From contig AP024664.1 of assembly GCA_024346625.1 (NCBI GenBank), forward strand, positions 4,030,001-4,094,000: a stretch of 64,000 bases of DNA. Direction: 5' to 3'. The translations under genes were made by a program, and so were the position numbers. Position 1 is the stretch's first letter. Each line of letters begins with the position of its first letter. The DNA is from Williopsis jadinii (lineage: Eukaryota). Under the pieces are notes generated by a model that did not search any database, was not told where the DNA came from, and saw only the letters and a program-made list of their open reading frames with translations. This document shows, piece by piece, positions 19,201 to 30,906 of this stretch.

Positions 19201-22200
19201 TAATCTCATCTACCAATTTCACATCTGATGAGCTCGTTAATGGTCACAGTGATATTTTTCACTTAAAGTACAAGAAGGTCCAACGTTTAGCTCAGTTTAA
19301 AGGTAAAGAAATCGAGGTTTTTGACCAGGACGTGGACTTGCATCTTTCAGCCTTGAAAGGTGTTTTGACGAGAAAGAGTTTTTTGACTATTTTAAACTTC
19401 ATTTTGACCACCTTCACAAACCCTAATCCACCTGAGACTCCAGCTGATGCATTGAGGCATAACGATACTTCGGTTGACGAAACAGCCCCAGAACAGATCC
19501 GCTGTAATGTTACTCTTGAAGGTATTACTTTGGTTCTAAACGATGATGGCATCAAACTGGCCACGGCTCAGTTGTCAACGGCTTTGTTTGACATATTGGT
19601 CTTACCAGAATCGTTGAAGGTGTACAGTAAACTCAATGCGTTGACTATTCATGATGAAATTAATGAAGGAGCCTATAGAGATTCATCGTTCAGAAAACTA
19701 TTGAGTTTTGATGGTGATGAACTGGCTGAGTTCACCTATGAGACCATAGACCCGTTGTCTAATAGTGACTATTCCTCAAGCTTTAGTTTCAAAGCTGGTT
19801 CCATGAGGGTTAACTTTGTCGAGGAACCTTTAAACAAAATATTTGATTTCTTGAGCAAATTCATGCAAATGAAAGCTCTCTATGATACGGCAAGAGATGC
19901 TGCATTTAACAATCCTGTCATACAGAACCCAAGAATGAAGTTTGATGTTGATATCAAAACTCCGATTATTGTTTTCCCGAAACTGATTGACTTCAACAAG
20001 AACATTTACGATGATTTGACAGTCTATTTGGGTGAGTTCACAGCTTCCAATGAATTTATCTCTCTACCTTCGGATTTGATGAACAATATTAAACTGGGTC
20101 TCCACTCCACAAGGTTGACTTCGAGGTTTTTTGGGGGCGTTGACTTCCAAGATCTCAAGGTTATTGAGGACTTTGATGTTAACCTTGATATTAGTATGTT
20201 AGAAAATCCTTCTGATAAGGCTCAGATTACTGTTCGTGGATTTGTCTCAGAAATCAAATCTGATTTGACTGAGCTTCAAATGTCTTACCTTTATACCTTG
20301 TCGCAAACGATACCTAAGGTTTTTGTCTTTGATGAATCAAAATCTTTATCTGAAATTGAGGATGCTGCATTAGATGCGAATAACGTTATCGCACCAGGTA
20401 CTGTCTATCATGCTGAAAAGGAAGATGTTATGACTCCATCGTCATCGTCGTCGCCGAATCATGCTAAACCAACTGATACCAAGATAGATTTCAAGTTTGA
20501 CATGCCCAAGGTGTCTTTAACTCTTCACAACAACACCAGAGGCCTCAAAACCTTATCAGCTAGTGCTCTATCGAGCTTTTCGCTAGAAAACATTGGTATG
20601 GCGTATTGCGAGAAGAATGATTCTCACTTCGTGGCAGATTTACACATTGGTGCTCTTGTTGCAGAAGACATTCGTCAAGTTGAACATAATAAGTTTACTG
20701 AAATTATTCCCAGATTGGTAAAGAGTGAGCAACAGGTCTCTGTCAAGGCTTCTACGAATGGCCCTGCTGATAATAAGAATACCGTTGTCATGGTCAATGT
20801 CAAGAGTCCAAGGGTAATTTTGGCGTTAGATTATTTGTTTGCTTTGAAGCAATTTGTTGATGCTGGATTGAAGCTGCCGCCTGAACTTCAGTCGTCATCA
20901 TATAGCGATGAGGAACGCGATGCAACAGAACTCTATGATTATGACGGTGATAACGACAATGATGACGTAAATACAGTCGACTCAGTTATTGCAAACTCAA
21001 GTACTGATACTGTGAAACGTCTAGGTTTCTCTGTCAATATTGTGGACACTTCTTTAATTTTATTAGCTGATCCAACTCAAGAAGATTCAGAAGCTATTGT
21101 CTTCAAGATTGAGCAGCTTCTTGCATCCCAACAGAACATCATATCTGCGAGCGCCAACAATGTTGGTATGTTTTTGTGCAGAATGAACGATTACCACGGA
21201 AGTCGGATAAGAATCATCGATGACTTCTCTTCTTCTGTTACTATAGATACTAGAGGGAGTACTGATCATAATCACTTGAGCAATGTTCAAATTGCTGTCG
21301 AGCCGTTGTTAATGAGAGTTTCTTTGAACGATATCAAGTTGGCACTCATCATTTTCAACAAGGCGATGGAACTTGCTGAACAGGCGGGCTTTGTTGAGCC
21401 ATCAACAAATGCTGACGAAATTGATGCCTATACCACATTTACCAGCGAGTTCAAGCGCAGACTCTCCCAGTATGCTCCAAGTATAGTGACATCCTTGTCT
21501 GGTAATCGCTCAAGACGTGCGTCAATGGTTGATACAGAATTGATTCTCAAGGCGGAGCATCTGACGGCTGACATTGAAGGCTTCCGTTTGGTACTGATAG
21601 GTAGTGTGAATGAGCTTCCAGTACTTGATACACGTGTCAAGCCATTCCAGATTACAGCAAAGAATTGGTCAACTGATCTTGAAGTGAATATGAACGTTGA
21701 ATCTTTCGTCAACATTTTCAACTATTCAAAATCTTCGTGGGAAGCACTTATTGAACCTTGGCCATTCACGCTTCATATTTCACGAGATGATGGTCCCAAG
21801 CCTAAACTTTCTGTTGAACTCATTGGAAGAAAGACTGTCCAAGCAACGCTCTCTGCACGCTCAATCGCTCTACTCTCACAAATGTTCTCCTCAATCTCTG
21901 GTCAAGGTGAAATCCAGCCCCGTGGTTCTTTGAGTTCCTATAGAATTCTGAATCAAACAGGATATGATTTGAATGTCTGGATTAAATCGCCAGAGGATCG
22001 TTTTGGTTTGAAGACTGTCAGAGATGGTGAAATTGTACCTTGGGAGTTTGAAGACTGGAGAAAAGTTCGTGAAAACTTGGATACAGATAACAAGAAAGGT
22101 GTCATAGGTGTGGAGCTTATTGGATCAGGCTACGATGAAATTGATCGTATTCCAGTATTTGGCGAAGGTGAGGATATTTACATGTTGACGCCTCCGATTA

Positions 22201-25200
22201 GTGGATATCATAACAGACTTCTTGTTGATATCACTTTGGGTGAGGATAACGTTAAAACTGTCACTCTAAGATCTACCATTATTGTCGAAAATAGTACACA
22301 AGTGAGCATATTGGTTAAAGGTAAGAAGCAGTATTCAATTGCACCAGGAGAGTCGAGGGCTTTGCCTATTGATGAAGTCTATGAAGAAAAATTTTATCTC
22401 AAACCAGATATACAAGTCCCATTTGAATGGTCTCAGAACTACTTGTACTGGAAGAAGTTACGCACCTCCCCAGCATCCATTAAGTGTCCCTCAACTGACT
22501 CAACTGATGATACATGTTTCTATTTCCAAGTGGAAGCTAAGCCAACTTCTGAACCACTCTCCAATGTTTATCCTCTGATGAAGGTGGTTATCTCGGCACC
22601 TTTGGAGATTGAAAATCTTTTGCCATATGACATCTCCTACAGACTCTATGACAGAAGCTCTAAGCGTGACTGGCGGAATACCCTAAAGAAAGGAAATAGT
22701 AGCCCTGTCCATGTTGTAAAGCTAGAGTATTTTTTACTGCTAAGTGTGTTTCCAAAGGATTCTGGCTTCGCCAAGAGTGATTTTGCAATTATCAACTCTC
22801 CTAATAACAGTGAATTCAAAAGAGAGTCTCATTTGTGCTTAAAACATGAAGATGGACAAGTTCTGCAACTTGGTATCCACTATAATACATCTAATCAGGG
22901 CTCATCGGGTTTGAAAGTCACTATCTTCTCTCCTTATGTCATTTTGAATCGGACCTCAAAGGACATATATATTCGTGACGGTTATAATGTACTCCACTCT
23001 CAGGTCAGTGTTGGTGAAGATGAATTGAAGAGCACAACTCCTAGAATGTTCTCTTTCGACGAAGACAGTGTGAAATCACGCGCATTGGTTAAGATTGGTG
23101 ACTCTCAGTGGAGTAAGCCTGTAAGTCTTCAAAACATTGGTCAGCATGGGCAAGTTGATATGTCTTTGGGAGATAAGAAGACCGAGATGAACATTGGTAT
23201 GTCTGTTATGGAAGGTCAAGGGAAATATCAATTGACAAATGTCGTTACCTTCTCTCCTCGTTATATCGTGAGAAATAACTTCAGTGAAGAGATTGAAGTG
23301 TTGGCTATAGGATCTACGCAATCAGTGCGTCTTAAACCTGGTTCATTTGAGGCCTTATATTCACTTCCTAGAATTTCTAGGAAACTAATTCAAATTCGTT
23401 TATTGGGTGGAAAATCGCAATGGTCCTCACCATTTATTCTCAACGATATTGGTATCGTTTACTTGAAGGTATTTGACAACAATCAATCTGTGACTCTATT
23501 GAAGATCAACATTCAGTTGGATGCTGCTACATTGATTATCAATGTGTCCGATTCTCACAATGATTGGCCATTCTCAGTGAGAAACTTTAGTGATCATGAA
23601 ATATTGTTCTACCAGGGGAATCCGTATGTTGATGAGAATGATGAAGTTGTGGAAGATAGTGGTACACCATTCAAACCTTTGTTCTACAAAGTTCCAGCAA
23701 AAAGTGTAATGCCTTATGCTTGGGACTTCCCAGCTGCTTACTACAAAGAAATTGTGTTGAGAGTTAAGGGAAGAGAAAGACATATACAGTTGGCTGAGAT
23801 TGGTAATTTACGCCCTATGAAAGTTCCAAACTCCTCATCCATAATTGATTTGAACGTTATTGCTGATGGACCGACACAGACGCTTGTTGTTTCAAACTAT
23901 GAACCATCTCTAAGTCTGTACAAGTTGTCTTCAAAGGGCACTATGGAGGGATCCACTACGTCTCTTGAAACTCCAGAAAAGTTCAAAGTTGCTGAAGGTG
24001 ATTCAGATATAACAACACAACTGCGGTTGAAGTTTGAAGGTCTTGGTATCTCTCTTGTCAACACTCGAAACCAAGAATTGTGCTACATTACTGCCAATGG
24101 GATGGAAATCCGTTATAATGAATCAGACACTTATCAAACTGTTAGCTGGAAGTTGAAATGGCTACAAGTGGATAACCAATTATATGGAGGTGTTTTCCCT
24201 ATAATTATCTATCCTACTGTTGTTCCACATTCCGTGAAGGAGATGAACAACCATCCGGCATTCTCTGGCTCCATTTCTAAGGTGAGAGACGATAGGCATG
24301 GTGTTACATACATTAAGTACGCAACGGTCTTGTTGCAGGAAATGTCGGTTGAAATTGATGAAGACTTTTTGTTTGCATTACTTGACTTCACCAAGATTCC
24401 AGGAGCATCGTGGGCTGTCAATCCTCCAGACAAGCTGTGCGAGGAAGTCATTCAATTGTCACGGCCTGTTAATGAGTCTATGGAGAGTGATCTGTATTTT
24501 GAAGCTTTGCATATCCAACCTGTTCAACTAGACTTATCCTTTGTCCGCACAGAACATGTCAATGCTGAGTCTGAAGCCCAGCCACAAAATCTGATTATGT
24601 TCTTTGTCAATATTTTGACTATGGCGTTGGGTAACATTAACGATGCTCCAATCCGTTTGAATGCATTACTCATAGAGAATGTCAGGGTTCCAGTACCAAT
24701 ATTGTTACAGAATATCCAGACCCACTACGGAGAAAACTTTATGTCCCAGATCTACCGTGTGATTGGATCTGCAGATGTTATTGGAAACCCCGTAGGGTTG
24801 TTCAACAACATCAGTTCTGGTGTCATGGATATTTTCTACGAACCTTATCAAGGTCTCATCATTAACGATAGACCACAAGAGTTGGGTATCGGTCTTGCAA
24901 AAGGTGGTTTGAGTTTCTTGAAGAAATCGGTCTTTGGGTTCTCTGATAGTTTTGCAAAGATTAGTGGTTCGCTCGCCAAAGGTTTAACATCTGCTACCAT
25001 GGATACAGACTACCAAGAAAGACGTCGGATGAATCAGAGAAGAAACAGGCCTAATCATGCGCTTTTCGGTATAAAGTCTGGGGCGTACTCCTTTTATGAT
25101 GGTATATCTAGCGGAATCTCTGGAGTTGCAACTGCACCAATGGAGGGTGCCAACAAAGAAGGTGCCGCAGGGTTTTTCAAAGGGCTTGGTAAGGGCTTAA

Positions 25201-25706
25201 TTGGTCTCCCGACAAAGACTGCCATTGGTATGTTTGACATGGTTAACTATGTGAGTGAGGGAATCAAGAACACCACCACTGCATTTGACGGTGAGGGATT
25301 AAACAAGGTTCGTCTTCCAAGGTTCATTGCACAGAATTCCATCATTGAACCTTTTAGCGAAAGGGAAGCACAAGGCCAATACTGGCTTAAGACTGCATCT
25401 GGTGGTAAATTCATAAATGACGATTACGTTGCGCATATCGTCCTACCAGGTGAGGAACTGGTTGTCATTGTGACCTATAAAAGATTGTTGATGGTGTCGA
25501 CTGCAACCTTGGAGGTGAGATGGGACATCAATTTCGTCAAGATCAACTCCATCACACAAGAGAAGAGTGGTATCAAGATTGGACTCGTCGACAATAGACA
25601 AGGTCCATTCATTCCAATCCCACAAATCGACTCTCGCAAGTTCTTATACAAGAGCATTGGTGTTGCTGTTGGAGAGTACAACAAGCACTGTGAAGTTGTA
25701 CTGTGA
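16230..25706 (+). CDS. VPS13: Vps13 bridge-like lipid transfer protein; join(16230..16271,16380..25706)
   Basis: Exon 1 MLESLVASILNRFL; GTACGT donor 16272, TACTAAC 16354-16360, TAG ending 16379; continues [21 protein letters not shown] (chorein-N); more than 3100 aa with IGNPVGLF C-terminal region. Confidence 0.97.
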
Positions 25707-25740
25707 TTGTTTGTTCTCGTTTTATTACTAAGTAAAGATT

Positions 25741-25757
25741 TGTGTGTGTGTGTGTGT
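25741..25757. repeat. (TG)n microsatellite between convergent VPS13 and FMT1
   Basis: tgtgtgtgtgtgtgtgt. Confidence 0.9.
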
Positions 25758-25759
25758 TT

Positions 25760-26800
25760 TCACGCTTCTAAAGGCACTTTATCTGTGAATATGTTTGGAG
25801 TCTCACCAGCTCTTTTCGGCAAGCTTGTCATGAACTTTGTAGCCTCTTCCTTCTTCTCGAACTCCAATTGAAGCGTCTTCACGGCAATGAACCCATCTGA
25901 GGTTCTTACAATGACTTTATCGTCTTGTAATTTGAACTCACCTGGTGCCTTGAGGTCCAACCACTGTGGTTGTGATACAGCCCTCGTGATATCTGATAGG
26001 ATAACCCTTCTGAGCTCGTGAAGAAGTGGTTTCCTTCTTTTCTTCATCTTGATCTCCTTGAAGGTGAACAAAGGTCCCAGAGTGTTATACCTTCTAACAA
26101 TGTCATCTGAGCTCTGTTCCCAGTCTATCAGACCCATCTGCGGTGTGATCTTCGGAGCATATGAGTACTCGTACATTGGCTTGAACGAAGGGTCCTTATA
26201 CAGTCCCTTCGTTATCACCTCGCCTAGCAGCTCGGCTCCTTCCACTGCACACCGGTCTCTTAACGACTTCAGAGTCTCGTCTCTGCTGATCTCAATGCCA
26301 CCTCTCTGCGCAACAATGGCACCTCTATCGAACTCAGTAGGGTGTAACGTCTGTACCGTCACCCCAGTCTCCTTGTCATTGTTCAAGAGTGCAAACTGTA
26401 GAGGGCTTGCGCCTGAGTATCGTGGTAACAGCGAAGGATGAAGGTTCAGTGAATATGGCACCGAGAGTAAGAACTTCTTCGGGATCAACTTACCATACGA
26501 CACGGCAATGGCCATTGAGTAGTGGTTTGCAGCAAGCTCGTTGATCTCGGCATTGGACTCTGCTCTGACAACAGGCACGCTCAGCTCCGTGGCCACTGTT
26601 GCTATTGGAACGTCCCTTAGTTCCTTCAGATCCCTCCCACTATACTTAGGGTGCTTAGCAACAACGTCAACAGCATCGACTATCCCCTTTTCTTTCAATT
26701 CAACGAGCTTCTTCAGCGAGAGTATGCTGAACTCGTCAGAGCCGAAGAAAGCGACCCTTAGCGGCCTAGCACGAGAGCACAGTGTTCTGACGGCCCTCAT
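25760..26800 (-). CDS. FMT1: Mitochondrial methionyl-tRNA formyltransferase
   Basis: VAFFGSDEFS, LNLHPSLLPRYSGASP, GVTVQTLHPTEFDRG, YAPKI. Confidence 0.93.
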   Translation of the reverse strand: MRAVRTLCSRARPLRVAFFGSDEFSILSLKKLVELKEKGIVDAVDVVAKHPKYSGRDLKELRDVPIATVATELSVPVVRAESNAEINELAANHYSMAIAVSYGKLIPKKFLLSVPYSLNLHPSLLPRYSGASPLQFALLNNDKETGVTVQTLHPTEFDRGAIVAQRGGIEISRDETLKSLRDRCAVEGAELLGEVITKGLYKDPSFKPMYEYSYAPKITPQMGLIDWEQSSDDIVRRYNTLGPLFTFKEIKMKKRRKPLLHELRRVILSDITRAVSQPQWLDLKAPGEFKLQDDKVIVRTSDGFIAVKTLQLEFEKKEEATKFMTSLPKRAGETPNIFTDKVPLEA

Positions 26801-26887
26801 GGTCTGTCCTTTCTGCTGCCTGTTCAGTGTGAATTACTCCCTCATCGCAAGCTGCCTGGAGGAAAATTGTGTGTCAACGGTCTCGGT

Positions 26888-26975
26888 GGCAGGGAAGGCT
26901 AGGCTGAGGAATTAGGCAGGGAAGCCCAGGCAGGGAAGGCTAGGCTGAACCCCCAGGCTGAACCCCCAGGCTGAA
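26888..26975. repeat. Nested short direct repeats in the FMT1/MCH1 divergent promoter
   Basis: ggcagggaag at 26888, 26915, 26929; aggctga at 26901, 26942, 26955, 26968. Confidence 0.8.
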
Positions 26976-27069
26976 AAAACTCATCACCGCGCTCAACCAC
27001 CAAGCGCACCAGACATTGGTTGGAACGAACGAACAGGCACTGCTTGAAGAGACACAGAGAGGAGACACC

Positions 27070-28410
27070 ATGAACAGGGTGCTCGTTGTGCTTGTCTGTG
27101 CCGTCGTTGGTGTCACAGCTGGTACTCTTTACCTGTTCTCTGCGTATGGGCCTCAATTGGCCCATAGACTGCACTACTCTGGGACCGACATCTCATTGAT
27201 TGGATTCACAGGATCGATGGGAGTCGCCCTTAGTGGCATCCCTGCTGGTGTGGTTGTTGACAGATCTATCCCATGGGCACAGTTCCTCGGTGGGCTGCTC
27301 ATATCACTGGGATATTTCGGTCTGAAGGCACAATTCGACGGTCAATTCTCAAGCGTAGGCTTGAGCAGTACCTTGACCTGCCTCATTGGTGTGGGCTCCA
27401 CGCTTATCAACTCTGCAATGATCAAATGCTCTGCTGCTGTGTTCCCTGACAACAGAGGAACTGCCACAAGCTTCCCCGTGGCTACTTATGGCTTGAGTGC
27501 ATTTGCGTATTCTGTTACTGGGCACTGGTTCTTCGGTGCAGATACCTCGAGGTTCTTGGGATACATCGCATCCAGTGCATTGGTCATTTGTATATGTGGC
27601 CTGCCAGTGATCTACTACGCTGACAAACAACAAGAGGTGCAACAGCGTGGTGAGGATACGCTCGAGCTTGAACCATACGTCTCAGGTGCGAGTGTGGTGC
27701 ACGCTTCAAAGTCCAACATGACCAAAGCTCAAGTGTTGAGGAGCTCGAGGTTTTGGATTGTGTTTTCCCTCCTAGGTATCCTTGCGGGTCTAGGACAGCT
27801 CTACATCTACTCGTGTGGGCTGATTGTGAAGTCATTATACCATTCAAGCGATGAGAATGAGATCAACCACGCACAGTCGTTCCAAGTGTCGCTACTCTCA
27901 ATATGCAACTGTGCCTCAAGGCTGATGTGTGGTGCATGTGGTGATTTCATAGCAAACAGGCTCCAACAGCAGCGAAGCTGGATAGTCTTTGTTCCTGCAT
28001 TTGTGCTTCTCTCCGTTCAGGTGGTGTGCTTCTTCGTATCTGACTACAACGTCCTGTGGGTAAGCTCGATGCTCGACGGAGTTGGTTATGGGTTTGTGTG
28101 GAGCTCCATCCCACAGCTCCTACTGGAGTACTTTGGCTTGGAGGCCTTCTCCTTCTCGTGGGGGTTTGTGAACCTCAGTCCCATCCTACCGGGCTTTCTG
28201 TTCACCAGACTGTTCGGCTCTTACTACGATTCCAATTCTACTTGGGATGACATTGCAAAGTCCAAGGTCTGTGTGAAGGGGAACTCCTGTTATAACACAA
28301 CGTATCGCATCACGTTTGTTTTCTCGTCGATTGCGCTGGTTCTGGCTGTGTGGATCAACGTCAGACCGTACGTCCAGAGGAGATACTCACAAGTTGCACA
28401 GCACTCTTAG
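27070..28410 (+). CDS. MCH1: MFS transporter, Mch1/nodulin-like family
   Basis: First ATG 27070; AGTLYLFSAYGPQLA, FPDNRGTATSFPVATYGLSA, C-terminal C-x-G-x-x-CY; about 12 TM segments. Confidence 0.7.
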   Translation: MNRVLVVLVCAVVGVTAGTLYLFSAYGPQLAHRLHYSGTDISLIGFTGSMGVALSGIPAGVVVDRSIPWAQFLGGLLISLGYFGLKAQFDGQFSSVGLSSTLTCLIGVGSTLINSAMIKCSAAVFPDNRGTATSFPVATYGLSAFAYSVTGHWFFGADTSRFLGYIASSALVICICGLPVIYYADKQQEVQQRGEDTLELEPYVSGASVVHASKSNMTKAQVLRSSRFWIVFSLLGILAGLGQLYIYSCGLIVKSLYHSSDENEINHAQSFQVSLLSICNCASRLMCGACGDFIANRLQQQRSWIVFVPAFVLLSVQVVCFFVSDYNVLWVSSMLDGVGYGFVWSSIPQLLLEYFGLEAFSFSWGFVNLSPILPGFLFTRLFGSYYDSNSTWDDIAKSKVCVKGNSCYNTTYRITFVFSSIALVLAVWINVRPYVQRRYSQVAQHS

Positions 28411-28473
28411 AGCGTCTCAATTGGTTAGAATGGAAGTGAATATTCATTAAACGTATATGGTGTGTATGGGACA

Positions 28474-28547
28474 TTATTACGTAATCTATTAGTAAGCATT
28501 TGATATGTATCCTCTGTGTGTTGTTTTATTACGTAATCTATTAGTAA
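28474..28547. promoter_or_regulatory. Duplicated 22-bp composite bZIP/Yap element
   Basis: ttattacgtaatctattagtaa at 28474-28495 and 28526-28547 (TTACGTAA plus TTAGTAA). Confidence 0.6.
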
Positions 28548-28679
28548 TCAGTATACACATCGTGATTTGCAATCTTTGTGGATATCTTAGCGGTGGTTTC
28601 CTGGTGAGCTCCAGCCTGTAGAGCCATACAAAGCTCAGGCAACTACACCGAGCAGAAGGCAGTGTAAGCCATCGTCCGA

Positions 28680-29697
28680 ATGTCGTCCAATTGTTACGTG
28701 CCACCTCGTTCGAAAGGCAGGGGATCATCAAAGCCAGGGCCGAGGAATCGTGGTGCCAGTGGTTGCAATGTTGGTGCGATTCACAAAGGTTCAAGTGCGC
28801 AAATGGTAAGCTCGCAAGAGGCCTTGGACAGAAGAAGGCAACGGTTCGATTCTACTGGCAAGCCAGATACGGGCTATGGACTTATTAGTCGAGGTGAGGA
28901 TAACAGGCTACAGAGAGACGCGGATGCTAGGAGACGATACTTTGATGAGATACAGAGGGAATTTGCACAGTTGTTTGGTGACTTAGACTATGCTTCATTG
29001 GTAGATTCTGTGAGAGGTCTGTCGATGGAAGAGATTGTTGTCGGTGAATGTGGGAGCGATGCCTCCGACAAGCTATCACATGTGATGATATCCTTGAGTG
29101 AGTAGAGTACTGGGTGGAGTTTAATGTCATTGGACCTTACTGACGTAGAGCTTAGGGAAACTACGGGAAGCATTGTTGAATATCAAGCCTGATGACTTCA
29201 CCAAGAGCGTTTTCTTGTTCTCTATTCGAATCTCCTCGAGACTCGGACTCTATCAGACCTACATCCCATCCATAACGTATCTCTTGAGACACGACGAGAT
29301 CCTCAGCAGAAGTGAGCTCAAGGAGATTACATATCTCTATTCTATTCATCTAGCTCACTTCAACGGTGATAATCTGGGTGCATTGGAGGTGTATTTCAAG
29401 TACAGTCCACAGGATATCCGTTTGAGGAGAATCTTGTTGGCATGGAGGACAAATAACTATGCCGACTGGCTCGAGCAGTACCATGGGGAATGTGACATAT
29501 CACGTAAGAAGATCATGGCATTTGGCGAATCTAAAATGATAACCCACGCTACGAATTGTATTCAGAAATCGTATTTCCAACTACCAAACCGTTACTTGGA
29601 ATCACTTCTCCACTTGACACTGGACCAATTGAGGGATAAACATGGATGTTCGTGGACTTTAAACGGCGAAAACGTCATCATAAGAGTAAGGAAATGA
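28680..29697 (+). CDS. Conserved fungal protein, probable PCI-like (CSN8/PSMD8/eIF3K-type) C-terminal domain; join(28680..29097,29156..29697)
   Basis: GTGAGT donor 29098, branch TACTGAC 29138-29144, TAG ending 29155; the join gives SLRKLREALL and fuses two ORF-track ORFs; start could be a later ATG; family call is inference. Confidence 0.7.
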
Positions 29698-29792
29698 TAT
29701 TGACGGGATCTATAACGTATATAGGTGTCACCATGGGTCTGTTTATTCATCATTAATATCAATACCAATGGCTTAGTAGGTTCATGTGTATG

Positions 29793-29837
29793 GGTGTCCG
29801 GGTGAATAGGTGTCCGGGTGTATGTCTGGATGTTTTC
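29793..29837 (-). promoter_or_regulatory. Rap1-like site triad, copy A
   Basis: ggtgtccgggtgaataggtgtccgggtgtatgtctggatgttttc. Confidence 0.7.
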
Positions 29838-29946
29838 ATGTCCCGCGTGGATAAACTACGCTTCCATTTGGGCTTCACCTATACAAACAGAGGCATTTAT
29901 AAGGAGTAAAACCCCGGGGAATCTTAACAGTAAGGATTCATCCAAG

Positions 29947-30632
29947 ATGGAATCATTTCAAGCTATCGAGAAGATCAACTCCACGAGTAATCTCAGCGCA
30001 AAGCACTTTGAAGATGGAACGATAAACCTCAACAATGTCATGGAGGAGGTGAACTACCTCAAGCAACAAGTAAGCGATGTTCGACCCTGTTTCTCTTGTA
30101 TACCGAGTGTACTAACGTTTGAAGATAACGAACATAAGGCAGGAGATTGCTGGCTTCTTAACGGGTCTTGCGTCTATTGCGCCAGATGCTAAGCGTAAGT
30201 AATGAGTTTCCCTATCTACTCCCGATGCTTGTTTTTTGAGTGGGGAGTAAGGTGATGAGACATAACTAACCAGAACACATGTTATCAGCTATACAGGTAT
30301 TTGAGGAGAATGTGATGAGAGCAGCATCGCTGCAGAAGACTCTGGATGACTACGTGGAGCGTTACAAAAAGCTGCTGCCCTTGCTCGAACTCATACAGAG
30401 AGACCTGAAGCTGACTCCCGTGGAGAAACAGGAACCTTCCATCAAGCCTGTTCCTATGAATGCTGCAACAGGGAGTGGATCTTCGACTGCAAGCACCACC
30501 ATCACGGCCACAACTGCCTCGGCCAACGTTGCAAAGAAGCCTAAGAAAAGAGCACCGAAGAAGACCGCAGCCAATGCCAACCTCAAGCAAGAGGCCAACG
30601 ATGGAAGTGAAACACAACCCATACTTCTATGA
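29947..30632 (+). CDS. 178-aa helical protein, candidate Mediator tail subunit Med3 (Pgd1); join(29947..30069,30125..30194,30289..30632)
   Basis: Intron 1 GTAAGC..TACTAAC..AAG (30070-30124); intron 2 GTAAGT..AACTAAC..CAG (30195-30288); open frame of 537 nt; position upstream of CWH41-SCW11 matches PGD1 in S. cerevisiae (synteny only). Confidence 0.65.
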
Positions 30633-30736
30633 TTGCATGTGACGATACAATGGATCATTTACTGTATACCTAATCTAATGAAGAGCTATATCGACCTGGT
30701 TCATGGTAGACAGTGTAGTTCTCTAGAGAGTGTGTT

Positions 30737-30781
30737 GGTGTCCGGGTGTTTAGGTGTCCGGGTGTATGTCTGGGTGTATTC
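30737..30781 (-). promoter_or_regulatory. Rap1-like site triad, copy B
   Basis: ggtgtccgggtgtttaggtgtccgggtgtatgtctgggtgtattc; 41/45 identical to copy A. Confidence 0.7.
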
Positions 30782-30906
30782 TGTTGTGTCCCCTACCGCC
30801 CCGCTCACAGCCGCAAAAGAGCTCTCGAGAAATGCCTTTCAATGCTTGACAGAGATGGCGATGGAGACGACCATACGAGGCACTGTGGGCTTATAGAGAA
30901 GGAACA

